Below the pieces are notes generated by a model. The model had not been told where the DNA came from. It saw only the letters and a program-made list of their open reading frames with translations, and made no database searches. From Mycoplasmatota bacterium (lineage in GTDB: Bacteria; Bacillota_I; Bacilli_A; MAG-NZ), in contig CP074575.1 of NCBI GenBank assembly GCA_018394315.1, positions 558,001-622,000 of the forward strand: 64,000 nt of DNA, in the 5' to 3' direction. Made by a program: the position numbers and the translations under genes. This document shows, one piece after another, positions 39,265 through 51,153 of the stretch (position 1 is its first letter; each line of letters begins with the position of its first letter).

Positions 39265-40704
39265 TTATCTTTTTTCCCATTTAAGTATAGGATTTCTTGC
39301 TGCAGTCGCTTCATCTAATCTTCTAACGGGAGTATTATATGGAGCATGTTTTAAATATTCTGGTTTTTCTTTTGCTTCTTTAGCAATTAATTTAAGTGCT
39401 TCAATAAATGCGTCTAATGATTGTTTACTTTCAGTTTCAGTAGGTTCGATCATCATTGCTTCTTTAACGATTAATGGGAAATACACTGTTGGTGCATGGA
39501 ACCCTAGGTCTAATAAGCGTTTAGCAATATCTAGTGTAGTTACACCAGTTGATTTATCAATTAAACCATCGAATACAAACTCATGTTTACAAACCTCATC
39601 AATAGGTAGTAAATAATCATCTTTTAACGAATGCATTAAATAGTTTGCGTTTAATACGGCCATTTTTGATACTTCTTTTAGACCGTTGTTACCCATTGTA
39701 AGGATATATGTATAAGCTCTTACTAACACGCCAAAGTTTCCGTAGAATCCAGTTATTTGTCCAATTGAATTTGGCATATCATAATTTAATTTAAACTTTT
39801 CATCTTTTTTAACTACTTCAGGAACTGGTAAGAATTGTTCTAAGTGTTTTAATACACCAACAGGGCCTGAACCTGGTCCACCTCCACCATGAGGCGTTGA
39901 GAATGTTTTATGTAAATTTAAATGAATGATGTCAAATCCCATATCTCCAGGTCTAGATTGACCCATAATAGCATTTAGATTTGCTCCATCATAGTATAAT
40001 AATCCACCTTGACCATGAACTATTTCTTTGATTTCTACGATATCCTTTTCGTAAATACCTAATGTATTTGGATTTGTTAACATAATTCCAGCAATTTCAT
40101 CGTTCATTGCTTGTTTTAAAGACTCAATATTAACTGTCCCATCCGGATTAGACTTAACTTCAACTATGCCATATCCAGCTACCGTAGCGCTTGCTGGATT
40201 TGTCCCATGAGCTGAATCCGGAACTATTACTTTTGTACGTTTAGTATCATTGTTGTGTTCATGATATGCTTTCATTATCATTAGTCCAACTAATTCACCA
40301 TGTGCTCCTGCAAATGGATTTAATGATACCTTAGACATTCCAGTAACTTCAGCCAAAGAATTACTCAAGTTATACATTAATTCTAGTGAACCCTGAGCAA
40401 AGTCTTGATTTACTAGAGGATGTGTATTCTGGAAGAAATAATTAGCTGCCATATCTTCGTTGATTTTTGGATTGTATTTCATTGTACAAGATCCTAATGG
40501 ATAGAAACCTGTATCAACACCAAAGTTTTTATTTGATAAGTTTACGTAATGTCTCATCACTTCATTTTCACTTACTTCAGGGAGAACTAACTCTGAAGTT
40601 CTTTTTAATTCTTTAGGTAATTGATATGATTCTATTTCACATTCTGGTAACGAGTAACCTACTCTATTTTCTCTTGAAAGTTCAAATATTAATTTATCGT
40701 ACAT
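39265..40704 (-). CDS. gcvPB: Glycine dehydrogenase subunit 2
   Basis: [38 protein letters not shown]. Confidence 0.97.
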   Translation of the reverse strand: MYDKLIFELSRENRVGYSLPECEIESYQLPKELKRTSELVLPEVSENEVMRHYVNLSNKNFGVDTGFYPLGSCTMKYNPKINEDMAANYFFQNTHPLVNQDFAQGSLELMYNLSNSLAEVTGMSKVSLNPFAGAHGELVGLMIMKAYHEHNNDTKRTKVIVPDSAHGTNPASATVAGYGIVEVKSNPDGTVNIESLKQAMNDEIAGIMLTNPNTLGIYEKDIVEIKEIVHGQGGLLYYDGANLNAIMGQSRPGDMGFDIIHLNLHKTFSTPHGGGGPGSGPVGVLKHLEQFLPVPEVVKKDEKFKLNYDMPNSIGQITGFYGNFGVLVRAYTYILTMGNNGLKEVSKMAVLNANYLMHSLKDDYLLPIDEVCKHEFVFDGLIDKSTGVTTLDIAKRLLDLGFHAPTVYFPLIVKEAMMIEPTETESKQSLDAFIEALKLIAKEAKEKPEYLKHAPYNTPVRRLDEATAARNPILKWEKR

Positions 40705-40705
40705 A

Positions 40706-42022
40706 TTATAACTCCTTCAAACAGTTCAAGAATTTTTCGATTTCTTGTTTTGTTCTTTTTTCCGTTACACAGAATAGAATGTGATTGTTACCTAAATCAA
40801 TACCAGGAACGATTGAGCATGATTCTAATGCTTTTTTAACTTCAGTATATGGAACTTTCGATTCAACTACAAATTCATTAAAGAATTCACCAGTATAAAC
40901 TTTATCGAAGTTTTCCATCTTAATAATTTCATTATATACAAAGTGTGATTTTTGATAGTTTTGAGTAGCTACATCAATCATACCTTGTTTTCCCATTGTT
41001 GCTAGGTAGATAGTAGTTGCTAATACGTTTAATGATTGGTTAGAACAAATATTTGAATTTGCTTTTTCTCTCCTAATATGTTGTTCACGAGCTTGTAAAG
41101 TTAACACAAATGCTCTTTTTCCATCAACGTCTACTGTTTCTCCGCAAATTCTACCTGGCATTTTTCTCATTAATTTTTTAGTTGTGGTCATAAATCCTAA
41201 GTAAGGTCCACCATAACTCATAGGAATACCTAATACTTGGGCATCACCAACTACAATATCTGCTCCTATTTGACCTGGAGTTTTTAGTAGCGGAAGCATT
41301 AATGGATTTACACCCATAATAAGTAATGACTTATTTCCATGAATTTCTTCAACTACTGATGATGGATCTTCAATCAAACCATTATAGTTTGGAGATTGTA
41401 TAAATAACCCTGAAATTGTTTTATCTAGTTTGTCTAAGACTTCTTGATAATCAGTAATACCATCTACAGTATCAATAATTTCAACTTCAAAACCACGGAA
41501 TCTAGCGTATGTTTTAATTACACTAATATAAGATGGGTTAACTGCACCAGAAACAAGAATCTTGTTTCTTCTAGTTGCACTATTTGCCATCATAGAAGCT
41601 TCAGCTGCACCGGTATATGCGTCGTATAATGAAGCGTTAGATACTTCCATATCTGTTAAGTTACACATCATTGTTTGATACTCAAATATATATTGTAAAG
41701 TACCTTGTGAAACTTCAGGTTGATATGGAGTATAAGCAGTTATAAATTCACTTCTATCAATAATGTGTTTTGTGATACTTGGAATATAATGATCATATGC
41801 TCCAGCTCCAACGAAAGGTACCATACCGATTTTGTTTTTATGTGAAATAGAATTGATTCGTTCTATAACTTCTAATTCACTTAAACCTTTTTCTAAGTTA
41901 TAATCTTTTTTGAACTTTACACTATCTGGAATATCAATAAACAAATCATCAATCGAATTAATTCCGATAGTTTTAAGCATTTCTTTTATATCTTGTTCAG
42001 TATGTGGAATGTATTTATTCAT
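40706..42022 (-). CDS. gcvPA: Glycine dehydrogenase subunit 1
   Basis: [34 protein letters not shown]. Confidence 0.97.
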   Translation of the reverse strand: MNKYIPHTEQDIKEMLKTIGINSIDDLFIDIPDSVKFKKDYNLEKGLSELEVIERINSISHKNKIGMVPFVGAGAYDHYIPSITKHIIDRSEFITAYTPYQPEVSQGTLQYIFEYQTMMCNLTDMEVSNASLYDAYTGAAEASMMANSATRRNKILVSGAVNPSYISVIKTYARFRGFEVEIIDTVDGITDYQEVLDKLDKTISGLFIQSPNYNGLIEDPSSVVEEIHGNKSLLIMGVNPLMLPLLKTPGQIGADIVVGDAQVLGIPMSYGGPYLGFMTTTKKLMRKMPGRICGETVDVDGKRAFVLTLQAREQHIRREKANSNICSNQSLNVLATTIYLATMGKQGMIDVATQNYQKSHFVYNEIIKMENFDKVYTGEFFNEFVVESKVPYTEVKKALESCSIVPGIDLGNNHILFCVTEKRTKQEIEKFLNCLKEL

Positions 42023-42396
42023 TATGCAGTGAACTCTTTATATGCAGTAGCGTTCATTAATGATTCTAACTCAGATTCATTGCTTAACTCGACTTTGAAA
42101 ATCCACGCATTAAATGGATCTTCGTTAACAGATTCAGGAGCATCTTCTAAATTTTCGTTAACTTCAACAATTTTACCACTAACTGGAGTCAGTACATCTG
42201 ACGCAGCTTTAACAGACTCAATTGCACCGATTGGATCGTTAGCACCAAATTCATCATCAAGATCTGGTAATTCAACGAATACAATTTCCCCAAGTTGAGA
42301 TTGTGCGAAATCAGTAATTCCAACTGTAGCTATCTTACCTTCAACTTTTATCCATTCATGATCATTTGAATAAAATAAACCTTCTACTATTTTCAT
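42022..42396 (-). CDS. gcvH: Glycine cleavage system H protein
   Basis: HEWI, GITDFAQSQLG, ESVKAASD lipoyl-lysine motif. Confidence 0.97.
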   Translation of the reverse strand: MKIVEGLFYSNDHEWIKVEGKIATVGITDFAQSQLGEIVFVELPDLDDEFGANDPIGAIESVKAASDVLTPVSGKIVEVNENLEDAPESVNEDPFNAWIFKVELSNESELESLMNATAYKEFTA

Positions 42397-42410
42397 TTCA
42401 CTTTTCTCCT

Positions 42411-43475
42411 TTATTTTTTATAGTTCTTATTCATAAATTTTCTTGAAACTATTTTAGCTTTTAGCTTACGATTTCTAACTTGAATGTAAACTATATCGCC
42501 AAGTTTATAATTAACCGGAATAAGTGCTAAAGCAACTGATCTATCTAACATATACCCAGTTGTGATTTCACCGATTTCCTCTTCATCAATATTTAAGACT
42601 TTATATCCGTGTCTAGGGATACCTTTATCGATTAATTCAATCCCTGCACTTTTAAGTTTTCTATTTTCTTTAATTTCTTTTAGCGCATCTCTACCAATAA
42701 AATCTACATCTAGTTTAACAAACATCCCTAAACTAGCTTCAATTGGATTGATTTGATCACTTATTTCGTTTCCGTATAATGGTAACGTAGCTTCAAACCT
42801 TAAGGTGTCTCTTGCACCTAAACCAATTGGCATAGCTCCTAACGCTAATAGTTTTTCCCAGATATTTATGATATCGTAAGAGTAAATTTCAAATCCATCT
42901 TCACCAGTATATCCTGTTCTTGATACTATACACTCTTTACCGTCTACGGTAATTTCTTCAAATGTGAAAAACGTAATTTTAGATAAATCATGATTAGTTA
43001 ATTTTTGCAACATTTCTTCAGCTTTAGGACCTTGAATAGCTACTTCAGACATGTCGGATTTGTCAGTTAAATTTACACCGAATGAATTGTTCTTATTTAA
43101 CCATGCGAAATCCTTGTCTTTATTCGATGCATTTACAACTAATAAGTATTTTTCATTATCATACTTATATACTAATAAATCATCTACTACGGTTCCGTTT
43201 TCATAACACATTAATCCATATAATACTTGATTGTTTGCTTGTTCAGTAATGTCGTTTGTAAAGATGTATTGAACAAATTCGGTTGCCTTATCACCTTCAA
43301 CTAATATTTCTCCCATATGCGAAACATCAAAGATACCAGCATTGCTTCTAACAGCAGCATGTTCAGCTTTAATTCCTTCATATTGGATAGGCATTTGGTA
43401 TCCTGTGAATTCAACCATCTTAGCACCTAATTTTACGTGATTATCATATAAAGCAGTCCTTTTCAAATTGCTCAA
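42411..43475 (-). CDS. gcvT: Glycine cleavage aminomethyltransferase
   Basis: FDVSHMGE, SRTGYTGEDGFEI, GLGARDTLRFEA; TTG start 8 nt after GGAGG. Confidence 0.96.
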   Translation of the reverse strand: MSNLKRTALYDNHVKLGAKMVEFTGYQMPIQYEGIKAEHAAVRSNAGIFDVSHMGEILVEGDKATEFVQYIFTNDITEQANNQVLYGLMCYENGTVVDDLLVYKYDNEKYLLVVNASNKDKDFAWLNKNNSFGVNLTDKSDMSEVAIQGPKAEEMLQKLTNHDLSKITFFTFEEITVDGKECIVSRTGYTGEDGFEIYSYDIINIWEKLLALGAMPIGLGARDTLRFEATLPLYGNEISDQINPIEASLGMFVKLDVDFIGRDALKEIKENRKLKSAGIELIDKGIPRHGYKVLNIDEEEIGEITTGYMLDRSVALALIPVNYKLGDIVYIQVRNRKLKAKIVSRKFMNKNYKK

Positions 43476-43568
43476 TGACCCCACCTCCTATTCACAATAT
43501 TATTATACATTAAATGGGCTTTTTATCAATGAATTATGCTATAATAATTTTGGTTAAGGGGTGAAATT

Positions 43569-44543
43569 ATGAGAATTATTGAAAGCGCTAATAAAAGTGG
43601 TACTTATAATTTGGTTTTTGAGAGATATTTAGTAGAAAATTATCAGGAAGATACGTTCATTATTTGGACTAATGACCCTGGAATTTATGTCGGAAAAAAT
43701 CAAAATACTTTAGAAGAAATCAATCAAACCTTTATAGATGATAATAATTTAGAAGTATTTAGAAGATTATCAGGTGGTGGAACTATTTTTCATGATCAAA
43801 ACACTGTGTATTATTCATTTATAACTAAAAATAAAAGAGAAGTTAAAGATAACTTTATACACTTTAACAATATAGTAACGGACTTCTTAAATACGGTAAA
43901 CGTAGAGGCGGTCCTTTCTGGTAGGAATGATGTATTAGTTAACGGTAGAAAGGTATCGGGTTCAGCTGAATATTATTATGAGGATATATTAGTTCACCAT
44001 GGTTCGTTACTATTTAATACTGATACAGCTTTTTTAGCACAAGCTTTAACCCCAAATAAAAAGAAATTTATCTCGAAGGCTGTTAATTCAGTAAAGGCTA
44101 GAGTAGATAATATAGTAAATTATACAAACTTAAATGTAGCTGAGTTTAAAAAAGCATTTGTGAATTATGTTCTGAATAGATTTAGTGGAGTTAAGAAGTC
44201 TATTACACCAAATGAAAACATCGAAACATTGAAAATGATTGAAAATAAATATGGAACATGGGAATGGAATTACGGGAAAAGTCCCGCTTATTCATTCACT
44301 AATGACGAGAAATATCCATTTGGAATTGTTAAAGTGGATTTGAATGTATCAAAAGGATTAATTAAAGATATTTCCATTACTGGAGACTTCTTCAGTGAGG
44401 CAGATGTTTCAGAGTTAGAGAAACAATTAATAGGAATTAAATATGATATGAAAGAAATAGAAGAAACACTAAAAGATGTAGAGGTAACTAAATATATAGT
44501 AGGTGCTGACCTAAAAAATATACTAGAATTAATGAGGAACTAA
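43569..44543 (+). CDS. lplA: Lipoate-protein ligase
   Basis: VGKNQN, RRLSGGGTIFHD, GRNDV..GRKVSGSA, HHGSLL, WEWNYG. Confidence 0.92.
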   Translation: MRIIESANKSGTYNLVFERYLVENYQEDTFIIWTNDPGIYVGKNQNTLEEINQTFIDDNNLEVFRRLSGGGTIFHDQNTVYYSFITKNKREVKDNFIHFNNIVTDFLNTVNVEAVLSGRNDVLVNGRKVSGSAEYYYEDILVHHGSLLFNTDTAFLAQALTPNKKKFISKAVNSVKARVDNIVNYTNLNVAEFKKAFVNYVLNRFSGVKKSITPNENIETLKMIENKYGTWEWNYGKSPAYSFTNDEKYPFGIVKVDLNVSKGLIKDISITGDFFSEADVSELEKQLIGIKYDMKEIEETLKDVEVTKYIVGADLKNILELMRN

Positions 44544-44544
44544 T

Positions 44545-45387
44545 ATGGAAAGAAAACCTGAATGGCTTAAGATTAAAGTTAATGCCGAGCATAAAGATGT
44601 ATCAAAGTTGTTAAGAAAGAATAATCTTCATACAGTTTGTGAGGAGGCGTTTTGTCCTAATAGAATGGAATGTTTTGCGAAGAAAACAGCGACGTTTATG
44701 ATATTAGGAGATGTTTGTACAAGAAATTGTCGTTATTGTAATGTTACATCTGGTAATCCAAAACCAGTAGTTGATGATTCTGAAAATATACTAGAAACGA
44801 TTAACAAACTTGGACTTAAATATGTAGTGGTTACATCCGTAACAAGAGATGACTTAAAAGACGGTGGTGCTAGTCAATTTGTTAAGGTGATCGAGAAAGT
44901 TAAAGATAAAGACTGTAAAATTGAAGTGTTAATTCCTGATTTTTTGGGTGATTTAAGTGCTTTAAAAAAAGTTGTAATGTCTAAGCCTGACGTCTTGAAT
45001 CACAACATTGAAACAACAAAAAATATATTTTCTAGTGTTCGACCAAAGGGAGATTATAATCAGTCACTTGAACTGATTAAGAGAGTAAAAGAAATAGACC
45101 CAAATATGACTACTAAATCCGGATTTATGGTTGGCCTAGGAGAAAGTTATGAAGATGTTGTAGAGACACTTAAGGATTTAAGAAGTGTTAATTGTGATAT
45201 CGTTACAATTGGACAGTATTTACAACCTAGTAAGGATAATATAGAAGTTGCTGAATATATTCATATAGATAAATTTGAAGAGTTCAAAAAAATTGGTTTA
45301 GAACTTGGATTTAAAAATGTATATTCTGGCCCTTTTGTAAGAAGTTCGTATAATGCTGAAGAGATTTATGAAGGCGAAGATATTTAG
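44545..45387 (+). CDS. lipA: Lipoyl synthase
   Basis: TVCEEAFCPNRMEC, CTRNCRYC, GPFVRSSY. Confidence 0.96.
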   Translation: MERKPEWLKIKVNAEHKDVSKLLRKNNLHTVCEEAFCPNRMECFAKKTATFMILGDVCTRNCRYCNVTSGNPKPVVDDSENILETINKLGLKYVVVTSVTRDDLKDGGASQFVKVIEKVKDKDCKIEVLIPDFLGDLSALKKVVMSKPDVLNHNIETTKNIFSSVRPKGDYNQSLELIKRVKEIDPNMTTKSGFMVGLGESYEDVVETLKDLRSVNCDIVTIGQYLQPSKDNIEVAEYIHIDKFEEFKKIGLELGFKNVYSGPFVRSSYNAEEIYEGEDI

Positions 45388-45484
45388 ATGTTTTATTAAA
45401 TAAAATGACAGGTATTAAAGTCCACATCCTGAATAATTTTTCTATTAAGTTATATAATAGAAATGAAACGTTAGGAGGATATAT

Positions 45485-45889
45485 ATGGATTTTTTTCCAC
45501 AAACAAGAAAAAATATTAGTGAGTTATGGGATAATCTCACAGATGACATGTTTAGTCCGTTTAAGTCTAGTGCAATGAGAACAGATATTTATGAAAAAGA
45601 TGGTAATATAGTATTAGAAACAGAGTTGCCTGGATTTCATAAAGAGAACATATCAGTAGATTATAAGAATGAATATTTAACGATTACTGCTAAAAGTAAG
45701 TATGAGGCAGAGGCTGAAACAAGAAAGTATCTAAAAAGAGAAAGAACTTACGGTGAATACGTAAGAAGATTCTATGTTGATGGTATAGATAAAGATAAGA
45801 TTAATGCTTCATTTAAAGAAGGAATATTAAAAGTGGCAGTTCCTAAACCAGAAACTAAGCAATCATTTAAAACTATTAATATCGATTAA
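45485..45889 (+). CDS. Hsp20 small heat-shock protein
   Basis: MRTDIYE, ELPGFHKE, RERTYG, ASFKEGILKVAVPK. Confidence 0.92.
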   Translation: MDFFPQTRKNISELWDNLTDDMFSPFKSSAMRTDIYEKDGNIVLETELPGFHKENISVDYKNEYLTITAKSKYEAEAETRKYLKRERTYGEYVRRFYVDGIDKDKINASFKEGILKVAVPKPETKQSFKTINID

Positions 45890-45907
45890 AATAAAAGTTA
45901 GAAATTC

Positions 45908-46588
45908 TTACTGAGTTTCTAACTTTTTTTGAAAGCGACAATCATATTTACAATTTGAACAACGCAGATTCTCGTTTGATATATCGATAAATCTTTCTGG
46001 ATGTAATGCATAGCTTATTTCCCACTCTATCAATGCGATAGCACCTAGTAAGAATAATGACCATGTTTTAAATTCAGGAATAAAGATAAATGGAGCGAAT
46101 TTTAAAAAATGATCCCAGTTATAAATTCTACATGTGTTGCAGCATCTATTTCTGATAAATATTTTATGAAATATACACCAGGTATTAATTGAAAAATAAT
46201 CTATAAAGTTAAGGATAATTACTAGTAGTATAATATGATATCTATTTATTATGTTTGTATAATAAAGCACTCCAACACATAAAAGAAACAACATATACAA
46301 ACTGAATGTAATAATAGCTCTAACATTCATTGCTTTTACGTATTCGAACAAACTTTCTTTACTGTAGTTTGCTTCTTTGAAAAATTTCTTTAAGTATTTA
46401 CCACTAGGAGAATATTTTGCAAATCTTGGTATGATTACTGATAAAATATCTAAAATAAAAATTAACCAAAATATGTTGTATACCCATTCTGGAATCTTTA
46501 CTAGAAAATCATTATAGAAGAAGAATAAAACTAGACTTACGATTAATAAAATTGTTGAGAGAAGGTATTTTATTTTGGTGTACTTCAT
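45908..46588 (-). CDS. Hypothetical membrane protein with Cys motifs
   Basis: TM segments; NRCCNTCRIYNWD and C-terminal CSNC motifs. Confidence 0.75.
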   Translation of the reverse strand: MKYTKIKYLLSTILLIVSLVLFFFYNDFLVKIPEWVYNIFWLIFILDILSVIIPRFAKYSPSGKYLKKFFKEANYSKESLFEYVKAMNVRAIITFSLYMLFLLCVGVLYYTNIINRYHIILLVIILNFIDYFSINTWCIFHKIFIRNRCCNTCRIYNWDHFLKFAPFIFIPEFKTWSLFLLGAIALIEWEISYALHPERFIDISNENLRCSNCKYDCRFQKKLETQ

Positions 46589-46769
46589 GATTTTTGCTCC
46601 TTTGTCTTTTTATCATTATATCAAATCACAGATTTTATTTCTAAAAAGTTGTGAATTATAATTTTAAAATTAGAATTGTGATACCTATGCGATTTTGATG
46701 TTTTCATAGAAATATTAGTCTTTCTTTTGAAATCTATTGTGTCTATAATTTAAGAAGGAGGTGCTTTTT

Positions 46770-48029
46770 ATGGATATAGCTGAAAGAAAAATTCTATGCG
46801 TAGATTTAAGAAGTTTTTTTGCTTCAGTTGAATGTGCAGATGCTGGGTTTGACATATATGAAGTACCTTTAGTCGTAGCTGATAGATCAAGAGGAGAGGG
46901 AGGTATTACCCTAGCTGTGACGCCATATTTAAAAGAAAAAGGAGCAACCTCTAGATGTAGAATATATGAGTTACCCAAAGGGATAGATATTATATATGCT
47001 AAGCCAAGGATGGCAAGATACGTTGAAGTATCTACAGAGATTATTTCTATCTACTTAGATTATGTATCTGAAGAGGATTTGCATATTTATTCTATCGATG
47101 AAGCATTCTTAGATGTAACTGATTATTTAGAATATCACAAGCAAAACGAATGGGAATTAGCACATACTATTCAAGCTCATATTTTAAAGCAAACTAAGAT
47201 CCATTCTACATGCGGGATTGGTCCTAATATGTTGATCGCAAAATTAGCTCTTGATCTAGATTCTAAGAAATCTAAAACGGGAATTTGTAAATGGACCTAC
47301 GATGATATAAAAACAAGACTCTGGCCTGTTAAACCCTTAAGTAAGGTATGGGGAATAGGTCCAAGATTAGAGAAAAGGTTGAATGCTTTAAAAATATATA
47401 ATGTCTATGACTTAGCTCATACTGAAATATCTATTTTAGAAAAGCATTTTGGTGTTTATGGGAAACAACTTTATTATCATTCTCATGGTATTGATCATTC
47501 ATCAATGCAATCTAAACATGAGTATGAGCCTAAATCCACTAGTATAGGTCATGGGCAAACCTTATATTTTGATCATGATGCTAGCAACGTTAAACAGATT
47601 ATTCTAGAATTAAGTGATAGAGTGGCTAAGAGACTAAGAAAAAAAGAAAAAGTTGGGACGGTTATTCATTTATCAATCGGTTATTCAAAGGCTGTCTCTG
47701 GAGGGTTTTCTAGACAATTAACAATTGATTATCCAACAGATTCACCTAATGAAATTAATAAAGTATGTTCTGAATTGTTTGATAAACATTATGATGGAAA
47801 ACCGATAAGAAAGGTGAGTATATCTGTAGGCCATTTGATGGAAAGAAATGTCGTACAAATGGATTTGTTTGGTATTCAAGCTAAGTATGATAGAGAAAGA
47901 AGATTACTAAATGCTATGGATGATATTCATGAATGGTATGGTAAAAACGCAATACTTAGAGCTAGTCACTTTAAAGATTCGTCGACAATGCGAGAAAGAA
48001 ATAAACTCATTGGAGGGCACCGTGCATGA
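46770..48029 (+). CDS. Y-family DNA polymerase (UvrX/YqjW-like)
   Basis: CVDLRSFFASVEC, YSIDEAFLD, VWGIG; QMDLF clamp motif; followed by YolD-like gene. Confidence 0.92.
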   Translation: MDIAERKILCVDLRSFFASVECADAGFDIYEVPLVVADRSRGEGGITLAVTPYLKEKGATSRCRIYELPKGIDIIYAKPRMARYVEVSTEIISIYLDYVSEEDLHIYSIDEAFLDVTDYLEYHKQNEWELAHTIQAHILKQTKIHSTCGIGPNMLIAKLALDLDSKKSKTGICKWTYDDIKTRLWPVKPLSKVWGIGPRLEKRLNALKIYNVYDLAHTEISILEKHFGVYGKQLYYHSHGIDHSSMQSKHEYEPKSTSIGHGQTLYFDHDASNVKQIILELSDRVAKRLRKKEKVGTVIHLSIGYSKAVSGGFSRQLTIDYPTDSPNEINKVCSELFDKHYDGKPIRKVSISVGHLMERNVVQMDLFGIQAKYDRERRLLNAMDDIHEWYGKNAILRASHFKDSSTMRERNKLIGGHRA

Positions 48030-48340
48030 GCGATAGAGGTATGATGAAATGGAACTCATTTAACGCACTACTTGCTCACGGATCAAATGTTCAAAAGATG
48101 ATGTTAGAAAGAAAAAAATTACCAAAACCAATTTTGTCTGTTGATCAATTAGAAGAATTAAATGATTTGCTTACTTTAGCTTATCTAGATAAATTTGAGA
48201 TTGTTATCTATTATTATAAATCGGGATATATTTTTGATCATGAGGGTGTTATTAAGAAAATCGATCAATATACTAAAGAAATCATATTTGAAGGCTTTAG
48301 GGTAAAAGTATTAGATGTAATAAAGATTATTAAAAAGTAA
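48026..48340 (+). CDS. YolD-like protein
   Basis: DRGMMKW and KPILSVDQLEELN; overlaps the polymerase stop. Confidence 0.85.
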   Translation: MSDRGMMKWNSFNALLAHGSNVQKMMLERKKLPKPILSVDQLEELNDLLTLAYLDKFEIVIYYYKSGYIFDHEGVIKKIDQYTKEIIFEGFRVKVLDVIKIIKK

Positions 48341-48360
48341 AACCGGACAATTAAGTCCGG

Positions 48361-49854
48361 TTAATTTTGTTTGTTGGGAACGCTGTGATTAAATTTACCA
48401 CTTATACTATCGAAATTTAAATCATCAAGAACAAACGATGTATCAGTATTATAGTAATCAGCATTTCCGCTTACTGTTTGGATGTCCATCCCACTTACAT
48501 ATACATTAGATAGTGAAACATCACCACTTATTGTTTCAATTGAAACTTCATTTGCATATAATTCTAGTAACGAAACATTTCCGCTTACACTATCAATATC
48601 TATTCTACTATTTTCTTGACTAGATATTGTGTTTAATTCAACATTTCCACTTATCGAATTAATTACTAAATCTTTAGTCGCCACACCGTTAATGATGATT
48701 TCTCCACTAACATTGTCAGCACTACCGTTTGTGAATTCTGAACTAATGATACTGATAGCTGAACTAACAGAGTCAATATCTAGAGTATCACCAATATAAT
48801 CGCTAATTGTAATAGGATCACTTACACTTGATAGATCTAATTCATTAAGGCTTACGTTACTTGGAACCTCTATATGTAACTCTTGAACAAGATAGTTACT
48901 GTTAATTGAAAAGTCCCAGTTAATATAATCAAGCCAATTTTCTTTTTTGGATTCATCAAACATATTTAAATATTTGCTTGTTTCTGAATAATCAATTGTG
49001 AACTCATTATCGTAATTATATGAATGAGTAACTGTTAATTTATCTGAGTCTGTTACTTCGTACGTGATTTTCATATCTTCAAAATCACCTGTTATATCAA
49101 ATGAATCACTTATATTGTAGATATAGACATCAGTTTCTAACTCATGTGTTTCAACAGATCTAGTTCCAGACGGAATAATAATTGATGAATCTTCCTGATA
49201 GAACAATATTATAGCTACTACGAATGTAGTTATTAATGATGCGCCAATTGTAATTAAGATTACTTTATTTGGAATATTAAGCTTCTTAAATAATCTGAAT
49301 ATTGATATATTATCAATTTTGTTTTTAAGTGACTTATAATTATCACCAGTAAACACATTTATATGCCAATTTAGTATTCTAGTAACAATTTTTAAACCTA
49401 ACTCCATTAGCAATATAATAACAAAGAAGTATATTACATATCCAGCTGAAACACCTATGAATCTAAGTAGAGCTGGGAAGAAGCTGTAATATTTAAATAC
49501 TGTAAACACCCAGATGTATGAGAACCAAGATGCTGCTAGAGATAGTGGTACCACTACTGAAACAGTTACTAGCCAACTTGATACTAATATATCAAACCAG
49601 ATAATTCCAAAGACAGATAATAAATCTATCCTATGTTTTTTACTTTCACCTGAGTTAATCCCATATTCATTTAATACATTTTTTGCGATTTCTGAAGGTC
49701 GTTCTAATTCATTGATTAAATCTTCTTCAGTTTTTCCTTCGAAAATCGCATTTTGGAAACGATCTTCATAAAAAGATATAATTTCGCGTCTTTCATTGTA
49801 ATTAAGTAAAGATAACTCATTTTCTAATTCTCTTAAGAATTGTTTTTTATTCAT
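48361..49854 (-). CDS. DUF1700-like membrane protein with C-terminal DUF4097-like beta-solenoid
   Basis: MNKKQFLRELENEL..ERREIISFYE..GKTEEDLINEL; repeated (S/T)(V/I)SG motifs; follows PadR gene. Confidence 0.8.
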   Translation of the reverse strand: MNKKQFLRELENELSLLNYNERREIISFYEDRFQNAIFEGKTEEDLINELERPSEIAKNVLNEYGINSGESKKHRIDLLSVFGIIWFDILVSSWLVTVSVVVPLSLAASWFSYIWVFTVFKYYSFFPALLRFIGVSAGYVIYFFVIILLMELGLKIVTRILNWHINVFTGDNYKSLKNKIDNISIFRLFKKLNIPNKVILITIGASLITTFVVAIILFYQEDSSIIIPSGTRSVETHELETDVYIYNISDSFDITGDFEDMKITYEVTDSDKLTVTHSYNYDNEFTIDYSETSKYLNMFDESKKENWLDYINWDFSINSNYLVQELHIEVPSNVSLNELDLSSVSDPITISDYIGDTLDIDSVSSAISIISSEFTNGSADNVSGEIIINGVATKDLVINSISGNVELNTISSQENSRIDIDSVSGNVSLLELYANEVSIETISGDVSLSNVYVSGMDIQTVSGNADYYNTDTSFVLDDLNFDSISGKFNHSVPNKQN

Positions 49855-50168
49855 CCTTTTTCACATCCTATCATTAAATTTACCGTTCGGCAGAAATTGA
49901 TCCAATTATTTTTTAATACATCAAGTTTCTTATTACCCATTTCCGTGGTTTTGAAGTATTTTCTTGGTGGACCTTCTGTTGATTCTTTTAAGTATGTTGT
50001 GCATAAACCCTCTTTTACTAATTTTCGTAATATTGGATATATTGTACTTTCGCTAATCATCATCTTCTCGTTTACTGCTTGGTAAATATCGTATCCATAG
50101 CTATCTTGGTTTTCAAGAATGTTTAATACACATAATTCTAACACACCTTTTTTTAATTGTGTACTCAT
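49851..50168 (-). CDS. PadR family regulator
   Basis: QLKKGVLELCVL, YGYDI, STIYPILRKL, GPPRKYF. Confidence 0.92.
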   Translation of the reverse strand: MSTQLKKGVLELCVLNILENQDSYGYDIYQAVNEKMMISESTIYPILRKLVKEGLCTTYLKESTEGPPRKYFKTTEMGNKKLDVLKNNWINFCRTVNLMIGCEKG

Positions 50169-50335
50169 TGTTTTTCACCCCTCATATATATTGTATGATA
50201 TTATACATAATATAGTACTGAACATAGTATAAATTGTTTTCCATAATTTGTCAACAATTAAATTAAAATTTTTTTTGAATTATATTTTGTTACAAAAAGT
50301 GGAATACTTACTTTGTAGTAATGGTAGGTGATTGA

Positions 50336-51153
50336 ATGAAAAAAATAATAATTATTGGGTTTTCTATTATAGGAATAATCGTGGTTTTAACTAGTAAAAT
50401 TCCTGAAAATACATTGGAAAATTATTTTGATATTATTTATGATATGAAGAGTTATGATGTTAGTAAAATTCAATCTGGTACTGAACTGGATTTGATTATT
50501 TCTCAAACTTCGGTAAAAAATAAATGCAAAGAATATTTTTCTAGCGACTTAACTCAGAATGTAAATGCTGTTAAATCTCATATCCAATTATTAACTAACG
50601 CCATATCTAATGGATATACATTTTCCTTGGATAATCTAGATTATACATATTATACAAATAGTAGTAAGAGGAACATAAGAAACTTAAACTATAACATTAA
50701 GGTTGTTTTTATTGATGAGGAAATGAATGAGCAGTTACTTGAAGTAAAAGGTTATTTACAACTTGTATTAAGGGATTCTAAATGGGTTATTAATACTGAT
50801 CAAGTAGTAGTCTTTCCAAAGGAAGAACTAGGGATGATAGAAACTATAGAAGATATAGAAAGAGAAGTTATTAATCAAGACTTGATAGATGATAAAAGCA
50901 TTCAAGAGGAAATGCTAAAAGATTATTTTGATGTTATTTATGATATAGAAAATTATGATGTTGTTTCAATAAAAAATGGCTCTAAAATGGAAGCCTTTCT
51001 AGTTCAAGATTCGGTTATAAAAAAATGCAGTCAGTATTTTACTGAAGAGTTATCAAGATATTTATAGAGATGGTACAGAAAAATCAATTATTAATAGAAG
51101 CAATATCAACTGGATATACTTTTAATCTTAATGATATAGAAGATTTAGGTTAA
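50336..51153 (+). pseudogene. Exported protein with a duplicated domain; second copy frameshifted and truncated
   Basis: ORF stops at 51067, but a shifted frame continues QLLIEAISTGYTFNLND, matching first-copy QLLTNAISNGYTFSLDN. Confidence 0.6.

Noticed and set aside
43476..43568. Glycine riboswitch upstream of gcvT
   Set aside because: The intergenic gap is under 100 bp, shared with the divergent lplA promoter, and shows no aptamer motif.
46589..46769. LexA (GAAC-N4-GTTC) box upstream of the Y-family polymerase
   Set aside because: No match found by eye.
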